From: Verrucomicrobiales bacterium
Lineage (GTDB): Bacteria > Verrucomicrobiota > Verrucomicrobiia > Verrucomicrobiales > SLCJ01
Reading direction: 5' to 3'
Length of the DNA stretch: 29,273 bases
NCBI GenBank assembly: GCA_046075565.1
Contig: JBJTQJ010000096.1
Location: 1 to 29,273 of the forward strand
A model generated the notes under the pieces. It had not been told where the DNA came from and searched no databases. It saw nothing but the letters and a program-made list of their open reading frames with translations. Made by a program: the position numbers and the translations under genes. Below are positions 1 to 12,899 of this stretch, piece after piece (the first letter of the stretch is position 1; each line of letters starts with the position of its first letter).

Positions 1-2043
1 CAAAACCCGAGTCACACGTTGACCGGACCAGCGGCACCCATCAGCGAACTAACGGCCTTGTATGACATCTTCAAAAGAGGCGCCCCCTTCCTGGTGCAAC
101 TCGCCAAAGAGGAATATGCATCGTCCCGCGTGAGGAACCTCAGCGCCAGCGAACTCGGCAAACGCTGGCAAAATGCCATGGCGCTCTACCGCGTGACCGG
201 CGAGAAAGAGTTCCTCGATTTTGCCAAACGCGATGCCGACCGCTACATCGAGGAGCGCGTTAACAAACCGGCGAAGGATTTCAAGGACCCCGAGGGGGGA
301 GCGATGTTCTTCTGGACCGAAATAAATCCACGCTTCAGTCTCCTACTTGAAATGTACGAAATGACCGGCGAAAAACACTATCTTGAAGCTGCCCACACTT
401 CCGCCCGGCGGTTCTCCCAGTCGGTGTGGATGTGCCCAGCGATTCCGGATCAATCGATTACCGTGAATCAAGGAGGATATGCTCCGCACTATTGGTATTT
501 GAAGGGCAAAAAACATGATCGGATGAAGGCTCCGGAGGAGTCTGTTCGGGCTTGGCGCTTGTCCGAGATCGGCCTGACCTCCGAGTCGAGTTCCACCAGC
601 ACGGGACATCGTGCGATTTTCATGGCGAATCACGCCCCATGGTTGATGCGCATCGGACACCTGACCGGAGATCGTTTCCTGATGGACATCGCCCGCTCCG
701 CCGTCATCGGTCGCTACCGCAACTTCCCCGGCTACCACATGAATACGGGCCGCACGACCGTCTATGAAGCGGCAGACTATCCGCTAAAAGCTCACAAGGA
801 ACTCGGCTTCAATTCGATGCATTACAACCACATCTGGCCGATGATGTCGATCCTGGTGGATTATCTGGTGACCGATGCGTTCGCCCGCTCCGATGGTCAA
901 ATCAATTTCCCCAGCCAATACATCGAAGGCTATGCCTACATGCAGGCGAAGTTCTACGGCAACATGGCGGGGCGGTTTTACGAAGCCAAGGATGCCGTGC
1001 TGTGGATGCCCAAGGGACTGTTGCAAATCGACAACCCGGAGATCAACTACATCGCCGCTCGGAGCCCCAACGCGCTCCACCTCGCACTGATGAATGAAAG
1101 CTTCCAACCAGTCACCGCGACGGTGCGGGTGAATTCCAAACTGGTTCAAAATCAGACCTTCACCCTCAAAACCGTATCCGCAAGCGGTAGCGCGTCGAAG
1201 GCAGGCACGGACGGGGCAATCGAGGTCACCATCCCCGCCAAGGGGTTGGTCGCGGTAAGCCTCGATGGCATACAAATCAAAGCCGTGTTCCAGGAGAAAG
1301 TCAGCGGTGTCGATCCCGGAACCCTCTGGGCCAAGGACCGCCTTGATTTTGATAGCCCGCCAGGACGTGCCGTGATCATGAACTTCGGCAACCTCGCCAA
1401 GTCCGCTTACGTTTACCTTTTCGACAGCCAGGATGAGTTTGATAAAGTCACTCTGATTTACAATGCGGACGGAACGGAACACCGCGTTTCGAAAGACAAT
1501 TTCCCCTAGGAGTTCACCATTCCGCTTGATTTAGGGACGAAGCATTTCGAGTTCCGCTTTGAAACGTCCGCCAAACAATCGCCGGATTCCTACCGTTTTT
1601 CGAACGCGCGTGCCAGTTCAGCATCACCGGACTCCCCTGCCAAGAAGGCAATTGACGGAGTCGTTTCCGACGCTTCCCGGTGGATCTCGGCGCGTGATCA
1701 GAATGGCCCCTCGTGGTTGGAACTCACACTCGAAGAACCAAAAAACATCGGCTGGCTTTCCGTGGCCAGCGGGTTCCAGAACCGGTCTCCGGTCGAGCAG
1801 TGGGTCTTACAATACAAGAACAATGGAGAGTGGAGGGATATCCCATCAACCCGCGTCAAAGATAACGCATCGAATTTGGTCGAAATTGCGATTCCCCAAA
1901 ACGAGCGGGTAACCTCTGACAGCCTCCGACTCCTCTTTCCGCATGAAGCTGGAGAACTCATCCGTATCCGGGAGGTCTTGATCAAGGGGCCAACCACCTC
2001 GGATCGAGGCGCAGCCCGACCGACCTATCGCTTGGAGCGTTGA
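1..2043 (+). pseudogene. Large hypothetical protein (5'-truncated by the window edge) with a C-terminal F5/8 type C/discoidin-like domain, interrupted by a single in-frame TAG at 1507-1509
   Basis: Frame +1 is open from base 1 to TAG 1507-1509 (..DNFP*), then continues stop-free in the same frame (EFTIPLDLGTKHFEFRF...AIDGVVSDASRWISA...SWLELTLEEPKNIGWLSV...) to TGA 2041-2043, absorbing ORF 1717..2043. The AIDG..S.W..W(L/I)E(L/I) pattern is typical of F5/8C/CBM32 domains. Repeated 'LY/MYE.TGE..YL..A' segments suggest an alpha/alpha-toroid (glycoside hydrolase-like) fold. Confidence 0.7.
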
Positions 2044-2150
2044 TCTTCCGCAATCGATTTGGATCACAAGGACTCGAATCCTTCTCCAGGGCAGACTTCG
2101 CAACAGCTATTGACCTGCCCCAGGATGATGGGAAAAACCCTCTTTACCAC

Positions 2151-2999
2151 TCAAGTCTTGGCTCGGCGTCCGAATATGAGGATCATCAGACCTCCGGTGG
2201 CGAACATGATGAGACTGTAAACCACTGCCGGCACGGCAATGCGGGCGCTCTCCAGCATGCCGAGAGCGATGGCGAGCGCGAGGGTGCCATTTTGAATCCC
2301 GACCTCAATCGAGATGCAGATGCGTTGGGGAAGGGCAAGACCGAAGTAGGTCGCGGCGGCCAATCCGATGAGCATGCTGGTAATGTTGAGCGCCGCCGCC
2401 GATGGTCCGGCGAGCAGGAATTGTTTGGCCAAATCGTGCTCCTTCGCCACGGCCATGGCAATCACCAGAACCAAGAAGCCCAGGGAAATGAAATTGATCG
2501 GCCGGCAGAGCGCGGGGCGCACGGCATTGGCCCACATCCCGAGCGCCACCGGGAGGATGGTGACCACGAGCAATTGAATCACCGTCTTCCCAAATGGAAG
2601 CGTGAGAGTTGTGGTTTCGCCCAAAAAATGATGGATCGAAGCGCCGACTATGAGCGGGATGGTGAAAACGGTGATCATGCTGGAAGCGGCGGTCAGACTG
2701 ACCGACAGCGCGGTGTCACCTCGCGAAAGATGCGTGATGATGTTCGAGGTTGCTCCTCCGGGGCAGGCCGAGATTAGCATGAGGCCCACCGCAAGATCGC
2801 CGGGAAGCTGCAGGACGACGGCAATCCCAAAGGCTAACAAAGGCAGGCACAGGAGTTGACACGCCAACCCTACAAGCTTGGCCTTGGGCGAAACAAACAC
2901 CCGTTTGAATTCGCCGGGGGTAAGGCTCATCCCCATGCCGAACATGATGAACATCAGGGCGGCGGGCAGAATCAGGGACTTCAGCAAATCGGCGGGCAT
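2151..2999 (-). CDS. Bile acid:sodium symporter (BASS/SBF) family transporter
   Basis: Hydrophobic 282-aa ORF with family motifs MFGMGMSL, ACPGGATSNIITHLSRGDTALSVSLT and SIEVGIQNGTLA. Confidence 0.92.
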   Translation of the reverse strand: MPADLLKSLILPAALMFIMFGMGMSLTPGEFKRVFVSPKAKLVGLACQLLCLPLLAFGIAVVLQLPGDLAVGLMLISACPGGATSNIITHLSRGDTALSVSLTAASSMITVFTIPLIVGASIHHFLGETTTLTLPFGKTVIQLLVVTILPVALGMWANAVRPALCRPINFISLGFLVLVIAMAVAKEHDLAKQFLLAGPSAAALNITSMLIGLAAATYFGLALPQRICISIEVGIQNGTLALAIALGMLESARIAVPAVVYSLIMFATGGLMILIFGRRAKT

Positions 3000-3201
3000 G
3001 GGGATAGGTGCGTTCGGGCCCTGAGTCTAGAACAGAGTTCCTTTTTGTAAAACGAAGAACTCGTCCCATCCGTGGTTGCCTGATCGAATCCGCGAACTAC
3101 CGCACCGGTATCATGGGCGGGAGGCGCGGGCCCCGCGAATGCGTGAGCATTCGCAGACCATAACACGTTGAGTTCAACCCAAGGTCATCGGATCGACTCT
3201 C

Positions 3202-6453
<3,252 letters not shown>

Positions 6454-6624
6454 TTACCTGCTGCCGAGCTGGGGCTCGGCGTTCCCGGGGCAAGGCTCAA
6501 GGCCGCGCTCGACAGGCACGTGGAGTCATTCCCGCCAGTTGAACCAATCCGTCAAATCCAAGCAGGAAATCAGAACCGCATTTTCACTTTCCCCGGACCA
6601 GAACCGGGGTTACAGGTCCCGCCC

Positions 6625-7131
6625 ATGGCCAACGACATCCGCATCCACCTGAAGACCAGCAAAGGTGACATTTTCGCCACCCTTTTTGCTTCCGAAACCC
6701 CCATCACCTGCGCAAATTGGCTCAATCTCGCTTCACGCGGGTTCTATGATGGCATCCTTTTCCACCGGGTGATTCCCGATTTCATGGTGCAGACCGGCGA
6801 CCCGACCGGCACCGGCCGCGGCGGCCCCGGCTACCGTTTCGAAGATGAATTCAAACCGCATCTCCGCCACTCAAAATCCGGTATCTGGTCGATGGCCAAT
6901 GCCGGACCGGGCACCAATGGCTCGCAGTTCTTCATCACCCATGTGCCCACGCCCTGGCTCGATATGAAACATTCGGTCTTCGGCGAAACCACCGGCGGAC
7001 AAGACATCGTCAATGCCATCGAAGGTGGAGACAAGATTCTCGGCGTCGAGATCCTGGATTCCACCGACGACCTTTTCGCGGAGATGGCCGACATCCTCGC
7101 CGGTTGGAACAAGATTCTGGACAAGCGGTGA
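6625..7131 (+). CDS. Cyclophilin-type peptidyl-prolyl cis-trans isomerase
   Basis: Motifs [48 protein letters not shown] and HSVFG. ATG 6625 ([14 protein letters not shown]) is preferred over GTG 6520 because the domain begins there. Confidence 0.95.
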   Translation: MANDIRIHLKTSKGDIFATLFASETPITCANWLNLASRGFYDGILFHRVIPDFMVQTGDPTGTGRGGPGYRFEDEFKPHLRHSKSGIWSMANAGPGTNGSQFFITHVPTPWLDMKHSVFGETTGGQDIVNAIEGGDKILGVEILDSTDDLFAEMADILAGWNKILDKR

Positions 7132-7142
7132 TCGCCGTCCAG
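7073..7142 (+). repeat. Left direct repeat (cyclophilin 3' end plus remnant of the ABC-F start); 35-bp perfect core at 7108-7142
   Basis: AACAAGATTCTGGACAAGCGGTGATCGCCGTCCAG is identical to 21712-21746. The preceding 35 nt align without gaps to 21677-21711 with 8 mismatches. Confidence 0.92.
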
Positions 7143-7296
7143 TCCCTGCCTGTCGATTGATCTGTCTCGTTGATTGGTCGTGGTCGGACCCGAGAAATTT
7201 ACCCTTGCGGTGGATCGGTCTGGCATGATACCAATGAAGCCGCCCCTCGGTTGATCGTCCGGACTCTCCGGTGATGTCCCCTTCCGGGCTTGCCCC

Positions 7297-8655
7297 ATGA
7301 AATCAATTGTCGAAGCCCAAGCACGGTATTTCCAAACGGACGTCACCAAGGCGGTTCCCTTCCGCCTCGAGCAGCTCCGGATTCTGCGCGAAACGCTGAA
7401 GTCGCACGAACCGTCGCTCATGGAGGCAATCCATGCGGATTTCGGCAAATCGGCATTTGATACCTGGTCCAATGAATTGGGCTTGGTTTACCATGGATTG
7501 AATGAAGCCATCCGTATGACCCCGAAGTGGGCCAAACCAAAGAGGGTCCGCACGGATATCATCAATCAGCCCGGGAGGAGTCATGTGCGTGCCGAGCCAT
7601 TGGGGGTATCCCTCGTCATCGGTGCCTGGAACTACCCGTATCAACTTTCTCTCGCCCCGGTGGTCGCGGCCATGGCGGCTGGAAACACGGTCGTGCTCAA
7701 GCCCAGCGAGTTGCCCGCGCAAAGCAGTCGAGCCATGGCCGACATGGTCCGTTCGGCTTTTGACGCCCGCTACTTCACCGTGGTGGAAGGCGGGATTCCC
7801 GAGACGACAGCTCTGCTGGAGGAGAAGTTCGACAAAATCTTTTTCACTGGAAGCAGCACGGTCGGGAAAATCGTTTACCAAGCCGCCGCCAAACATCTGA
7901 CCCCGGTCACATTGGAATTGGGAGGAAAGAGTCCGGCCATTCTGACCGCCGACTGCCACCTCGAAGTTGCCGCCAAACGCCTGGTCTGGGCGAAATTCAT
8001 CAACGCCGGGCAAACTTGCATCGCTCCGGATTACATCCTGGTCCACCGCTCCATCCGGGACCGCTTCCTTGAACTGGCGGTCAAGGAAATCCAGCGGGCC
8101 AACTACCGCGTGGAAAATAACAACTACCCGCGCATCATCAACGAACGCAATCTCCGGCGACTGCTTGAGCTGATTGATCCCGCTCTCTTGCATCACGGTG
8201 GCGGACACGACCTGGCCAATCGCACGTTGGAGCCGACCATCCTGAAGGACGTGCGGTTCGAGGACAAGGTCATGGAAGAGGAAATCTTCGGGCCCATCCT
8301 TCCGGTGATTGCCTACGATGATCTCGATGACGTGATCGGCCGGATCAAATCGCGCCCGAAACCACTGGCTTGTTATATTTTCACCCGCGACTCCGGAGTT
8401 AGGGAAAAACTCCTTCACGAGATTTCCTTCGGCGGCGGAACGATCAACGACGCCATCATGCACATCACCAACAGCCACCTCCCCTTCGGTGGTGTCGGGG
8501 CCAGCGGCCTTGGTTCCTACCACGGCCACGCCGGATTCCTCGCCTTCTCCAACCTCAAGGGCATCGTCGATAAGGCGACGTGGATCGACCCGAGTTTGCG
8601 TTACCCTCCGCACGGGAAATGGAAGTTCCGCCTCGTCAAGTGGCTGCTGGATTAG
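7297..8655 (+). CDS. NAD(P)-dependent aldehyde dehydrogenase, family 3-like (fatty/coniferyl aldehyde dehydrogenase type)
   Basis: Motifs EPLGVSLVIGAWNYP, LKPSE, FFTGSSTVGK, TLELGGKSP (catalytic Glu), NAGQTCIAPDY (catalytic Cys), EEIFGPILP and LPFGGVGASGLGSYHG. Confidence 0.93.
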   Translation: MKSIVEAQARYFQTDVTKAVPFRLEQLRILRETLKSHEPSLMEAIHADFGKSAFDTWSNELGLVYHGLNEAIRMTPKWAKPKRVRTDIINQPGRSHVRAEPLGVSLVIGAWNYPYQLSLAPVVAAMAAGNTVVLKPSELPAQSSRAMADMVRSAFDARYFTVVEGGIPETTALLEEKFDKIFFTGSSTVGKIVYQAAAKHLTPVTLELGGKSPAILTADCHLEVAAKRLVWAKFINAGQTCIAPDYILVHRSIRDRFLELAVKEIQRANYRVENNNYPRIINERNLRRLLELIDPALLHHGGGHDLANRTLEPTILKDVRFEDKVMEEEIFGPILPVIAYDDLDDVIGRIKSRPKPLACYIFTRDSGVREKLLHEISFGGGTINDAIMHITNSHLPFGGVGASGLGSYHGHAGFLAFSNLKGIVDKATWIDPSLRYPPHGKWKFRLVKWLLD

Positions 8656-8709
8656 AGACAATACTCTTTGGTTTGCACCAGAATCAATGGATGGAGACCA
8701 GTTTTCAAG

Positions 8710-8818
8710 GCAAGACCGAGACGGTCTTGCTACGACTCCGGTGGATGCCCGCAAGTAAAATCCCCTTGATCTTCGATGTCCACCGTAACAAGAGCGTCTC
8801 GCTCTTGCCCCGCAGGGA
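8710..8818. repeat. Pair of REP-like palindromes in a convergent intergenic region
   Basis: GCAAGACCG-AGA-CGGTCTTGC-TAC (8710-8733; GTAG on the minus strand) and GTAA-CAAGAGCG-TCT-CGCTCTTG (8785-8807). Bases 8778-8818 are a reverse-complement match to part of the units at 28378-28693. Confidence 0.7.
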
Positions 8819-8889
8819 TAAATCAAAGAACCAGAAGCCAATCGTTGATATCTACACGAAGTAATGAGAATTGGGATTAGAGATCATGC

Positions 8890-11247
8890 TCACAGTCGCT
8901 TCAACCAGGCGATGAGCGCCTCTTTGTCCTCGTCGGGCAGATTGGATGGGAAATAGTGGCCGCGATCGCGGATGAAGTCTGGGGCCTTGTTCACGGCGAG
9001 CAAGGCCGGTCCGGAATTCTTGCCAATCAATTCCATGGCCGCCTTGTCGTCGAGGTTCCGCTTTTTGATCTCGCCGAGGTCGCTGTGGAATTTCGCGAAG
9101 GCGGCGGCGACTTCGGTGGGCTTGGTGAGTTCCGGATCGATGTTGACGAGCAGATTGAGCGGGAATCCCTTTGGAATCGGGCCGATCTCGACTCCACCGA
9201 GTTTGCCGGCCGCGAAATGGTTGCCGGCGAGAATGGCAACCGCCAGCAGCATGACGATGATGCCTCCGCCGGCGCGGAGCCAGCGGCGCAAGGTTTTGGG
9301 TTTGGCCTTGCGGGCCCGGAATGTCAGGAAAAGACCGCCCAGCAGGATGGGAGTGCCGGCCAACCATGGGTAATCGAGGAAGGGCGAGATTCCTTTCCCA
9401 AGCACACCCTTGAGCAGGACGGGAAGATAACGCCCGTCGAGACGGAAATAACAAGGCTCCTGTGCCACGACCACCGAGGCCTTGCCATCGCGTTTTTCCG
9501 GCCAGCACATCTTGCGGATGGCGTCGTCGAAGGCTTCCATACGCCCGGCGACGGATGGATCGTGGGTATGTTTGCCGAGCGCGTTGTTGTGCAGGAAGGG
9601 GGCGGATGACCAGATGGCGACCAGCGAGGGCACGCGGTAGAAACCGGGTCCGTTGCCTAACATGGGGAATGACCATGGTTTGTCGGTGAAAGGATCCGCC
9701 ACATCGATGCTGCCGACGGATGGAGTCGTCTTGTAGTCCACCGAGGAGAAGTCGGCCCAGACGTGGTTGGTGCGGGCGTTGTCCTGCAAAGCGCGGGCGG
9801 CATTGGTCTTGGTGATGGTGACGGGAATGCGTTCGTCGATCGATAGGTAATTCTGATCGAGGAAATCGGGCTTCATGACTTCGGTCCGCGCCCAGGCGAG
9901 GTAATCGGGGTCTTTCGACCACTTGGCGACATCCGCGATCGGACGTTCCTTGCCGTCGGCGGGTTGTTTACTTGAATGGCAGGGGAAACAATTCTCCGCG
10001 AAGACAATTTTCCCGCGGTCCACCACTGCCGGGGGTTCGGTCAGATAAGCCTGTCCGCCGGGCACATCGGCGAGGGGGATCCGTTGTCCGGCTTTGACCA
10101 GATAGGCGGCGAGGTTGGCGCATTGATCCACGGTGGCTTGCCAATAGACGGATTTGTCGAAGGCGGTCTTGATCGACATCGGCTTCTGGTGTTTGAAGCC
10201 GAGAATGGCATTGTGGCAACGCAGCCATTCCTCGCTGTAGGTCCCGATATTGACAAAAACGCGGGCCAAGGCTCCGGTCACGCCGATAGTGTCGGCTCCG
10301 TCCACGAGCACGTGGGGCACCGGGCGCTCGGCTGTTTTCGGATCGAGCAGGAGGGCATTGCCATCGACGGTTTCGTTCTTCGCGATGGCCAGTCGCTCGG
10401 CGGTATTGAAGAGGCCGTTGATGATATTCGGATTGTTATTGTAGTCGGTGGCGACAATGGAGGTGTCCACCGTGCCGGGCAGAACAGCTTTCATGATCTG
10501 GCGGAGGAAGTCATCATCCTTGAGGTTGAATCCGAAGACTTCGCCATTGCGGAAGTATTGGTTGCCGATGGTGCCGGAGAGGTGTTTCCATTCCGGATTT
10601 TCCGGGTCGGGAGGCGGGGTGCCCGGATGGGGGGCGACGTGGCAAATGGCGCAGGTCATGCCGACGCGGTAGGGACGGACGAGTTTGGGATCGGTGCGGT
10701 AGTCCACATCCTCGTAAAACTTCTTGGCATCCCAGTGCTTTTTGGCTTTTTCGTCGAACTCCGGATTGGGGAAAAGCCGGAGACCGACGACGCCGGTGGA
10801 GGTGCCGTAGATCTTCGGATCAATGCCGGGTTGTTCGCCGGCGGGAAGGGTCTTGTCGAGATAGAGGCCATGGGAATCCGGTTGCGCATTGCTGGCATGG
10901 CCCGGTTCGTTGATCAGGCCGAGGCGTTTGAAGCGGTCGGCGCGTTTGCGGGAGTCGAGGACATAGAGGAAATCGATGAGGCCATAGCCCTCCTGGGCCA
11001 TTTGGTTCCAGAGGCGTTCATTGCCGCCGGTCCAGAGCATCCACGTATTGCGGCCTTCCGCCTCGGCGGGTGTGAGTTTCACCCCGGCATCCATGCCATC
11101 GAAAACGTCGGCGGTGGCAGGAGGAAAATCGGCTTTGGTTTTGCCAGCAGCCATGGCTTCATCAGGCGGAGGATTGTCGCCGCAACCGGCAAGCAACAAA
11201 GCTCCCATGGCAAGCAGGGGCAACGTGCGGTGAGGGATGGATTTCAT
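8890..11247 (-). CDS. Di-haem cytochrome c lipoprotein of the bacterial cytochrome c peroxidase/MauG/RoxA superfamily, with an internal two-helix membrane hairpin
   Basis: ATG 11247 gives MKSIPHRTLPLLAMGALLLAG-C (lipobox). Two CxxCH motifs: CAICH (10639-10653) and CFPCH (9976-9990). MauG/RoxA-like YRVPSLVAIWSSAPFLHN and C-terminal RGHYF..LPDEDKEALIAWLKRL. Two hydrophobic stretches at about 9220-9370. Confidence 0.8.
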   Translation of the reverse strand: MKSIPHRTLPLLAMGALLLAGCGDNPPPDEAMAAGKTKADFPPATADVFDGMDAGVKLTPAEAEGRNTWMLWTGGNERLWNQMAQEGYGLIDFLYVLDSRKRADRFKRLGLINEPGHASNAQPDSHGLYLDKTLPAGEQPGIDPKIYGTSTGVVGLRLFPNPEFDEKAKKHWDAKKFYEDVDYRTDPKLVRPYRVGMTCAICHVAPHPGTPPPDPENPEWKHLSGTIGNQYFRNGEVFGFNLKDDDFLRQIMKAVLPGTVDTSIVATDYNNNPNIINGLFNTAERLAIAKNETVDGNALLLDPKTAERPVPHVLVDGADTIGVTGALARVFVNIGTYSEEWLRCHNAILGFKHQKPMSIKTAFDKSVYWQATVDQCANLAAYLVKAGQRIPLADVPGGQAYLTEPPAVVDRGKIVFAENCFPCHSSKQPADGKERPIADVAKWSKDPDYLAWARTEVMKPDFLDQNYLSIDERIPVTITKTNAARALQDNARTNHVWADFSSVDYKTTPSVGSIDVADPFTDKPWSFPMLGNGPGFYRVPSLVAIWSSAPFLHNNALGKHTHDPSVAGRMEAFDDAIRKMCWPEKRDGKASVVVAQEPCYFRLDGRYLPVLLKGVLGKGISPFLDYPWLAGTPILLGGLFLTFRARKAKPKTLRRWLRAGGGIIVMLLAVAILAGNHFAAGKLGGVEIGPIPKGFPLNLLVNIDPELTKPTEVAAAFAKFHSDLGEIKKRNLDDKAAMELIGKNSGPALLAVNKAPDFIRDRGHYFPSNLPDEDKEALIAWLKRL

Positions 11248-11288
11248 GGTGGTTAGTGGAATCTGGGACTTATACGAAAAATCGGGAT

Positions 11289-12899
11289 TCAGGATGGACC
11301 GGGGACGGATGAAGGTCGCAGGGCCGCTCCAACGGCGGCCAGCGAATCGCAAAGAGCGGCGGCGGCTTCGCGGCGCACTTGCAAGAGTTTGACGTGACCC
11401 ACGGCACGGACGGTGGCGGTGCGCGGGCAGCGGTTGAAGACTGCGATTTCACCGAAGTGGCTGCCTTTGCCAAGTCGCGCGATGACATTGGACTGGCCGT
11501 CCTCAGTGCGGATTACTTCGACTTCTCCCTCCTGCACGATGAACATGCTATTGCCGACATCTCCTTGGCGGACGATTTCCTGTCCATCTTCGAAAATAAC
11601 GGGAGTGAGGTCGAGCGGTTGCTGGACGCGCATGTTGATGAGATCGCGCCCGAAGAACGGTGCCATGAGCCAGTTCCAGACGACCCGGACTTTTTTCTCC
11701 GGAGAGGGCAGGTAAAGAATCATGAAGAAACGCCAGACGAGCCAAGCGGGGATGCCGCGTAATGAAATGCCCTTGAGGTGGGCGATGGCCTGGCGGTGGC
11801 CTAACACACAGGCGTCACCCAAGCCGTTGAAAGTATATGGCCGCAGCGCCTGACCCTTTTCCTGGCGCAGGATATTTTCCCCAATCAGGGTGCCGACGGT
11901 AATGGCCCAGATGGCGAGAGCGGGCGCGGGCGTGCCATCCGGCATGGGGACAGCCGCACAATCGCCGCCTGCCCAGACATGGTCCCGTCCCAGCACGTGC
12001 CCATGGGGATCACAGATGACTCTCCCTTGGCTGTCTCGCTCCACCGGGAGTTTCGCCAATTGCGGCACGGTGGACATGCCGGTGCAACTTACGATGGTGC
12101 GGGTGGAGATGCGGCGACCATTGGAGAGCACCGCTTCTTCCAGAGTGGCGCTGGCCAAGCGGGTGCCGGGGATCAATTCAAAGTGTGGATCACCACCCAT
12201 GGTTTTTTCCGCCCACGCCACGAGTTTGGGAAGGCGCGAGCCGAGTTCGGGCAGGATATGCGGGGTGGAGGAGACGAGATGGACTTTGATTTCCTCCACG
12301 GGGATGCGGCGGAAAAACTTGCGGGCGACGGCCGGGAGGAATTCCCGCAACTCGCCGGCCACTTCGACCCCGGCGTAGTTCCCACCGACGATAACAAACG
12401 AGAGCAAGCGCTGGCGTTCCACCGGATCGGTTTCCATGTCGGCCAGTTCGAGCATGCTGATGAAGTGGTTGCGCACGGCGAGGCAACCCGAGTAGGCCTT
12501 GAGTCGGAAGGAATGTTCGGCCAATCCGGGAAAGCGCCCGAGGTGTTCGGTCGAACCGAGGGCGAGCACGATGTGGTCGTAGCCGAGTGTCTGGCGTTTG
12601 CCGTCGAGGAACCGGGCGACGGTGACTTGCTTGGTTTCCAGATCGATATGCTCGACCTCCGCGTTGACGAAGTCGCCGGGCGCGAAGAGACGGCGGGCCG
12701 GGCTGAGGGTATCGGTGGGCTGGAGTTTCCCGGTGATCATGTCCGGAATGAGTCCGTGGAAACACTGGAAATTATCCTGATCCACCACGGTCAGATGGAT
12801 CTTCCCGGCCTTGAGTTGGGAACGCAAGGCCTTGGCCAGATAGATGGCGACGTAGCCGCCGCCCAGACAAAGCACACGGGGGATGTGGTTGGCAGACAT
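11289..12899 (-). CDS. FAD-dependent oxidoreductase (type II NADH dehydrogenase-like) fused to a C-terminal cyclic-nucleotide-binding domain
   Basis: ATG 12899 overlaps the upstream TGA (TGATG). Motifs VLCLGGGYVA, YDHIVLALGS, PGLAEHSFRLK, FVIVGGNYAGVEVAGEL and VWAGGDCA. C-terminal IVRQGDVGNSMFIVQEGEVEV...HFGEIAVFNRCPRTATVRA. Confidence 0.88.
   Translation of the reverse strand: MSANHIPRVLCLGGGYVAIYLAKALRSQLKAGKIHLTVVDQDNFQCFHGLIPDMITGKLQPTDTLSPARRLFAPGDFVNAEVEHIDLETKQVTVARFLDGKRQTLGYDHIVLALGSTEHLGRFPGLAEHSFRLKAYSGCLAVRNHFISMLELADMETDPVERQRLLSFVIVGGNYAGVEVAGELREFLPAVARKFFRRIPVEEIKVHLVSSTPHILPELGSRLPKLVAWAEKTMGGDPHFELIPGTRLASATLEEAVLSNGRRISTRTIVSCTGMSTVPQLAKLPVERDSQGRVICDPHGHVLGRDHVWAGGDCAAVPMPDGTPAPALAIWAITVGTLIGENILRQEKGQALRPYTFNGLGDACVLGHRQAIAHLKGISLRGIPAWLVWRFFMILYLPSPEKKVRVVWNWLMAPFFGRDLINMRVQQPLDLTPVIFEDGQEIVRQGDVGNSMFIVQEGEVEVIRTEDGQSNVIARLGKGSHFGEIAVFNRCPRTATVRAVGHVKLLQVRREAAAALCDSLAAVGAALRPSSVPGPS

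Noticed and set aside
1507-1509. Genome-wide TAG reassignment or pyrrolysine
   Set aside because: TAG ends the GH2 and ALDH genes at natural-looking C-termini; no pyl genes or tRNA in the window.
2490-2530. Possible short in-frame deletion in the BASS transporter (RPALCRPINF looks short)
   Set aside because: Cannot be verified without an alignment; the frame and family motifs are intact.
7303-8841. Long antisense ORFs (also 9976-11256, 16962-18179, 17000-18133, 18773-20158, 24581-25876)
   Set aside because: Shadows of well-supported genes on the opposite strand, expected from high-GC codon bias; no recognisable motifs.
11248-11352. Upstream TTG start for the di-haem protein overlapping the flavoprotein gene
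   Set aside because: ATG 11247 gives a proper lipoprotein signal peptide and removes the overlap.
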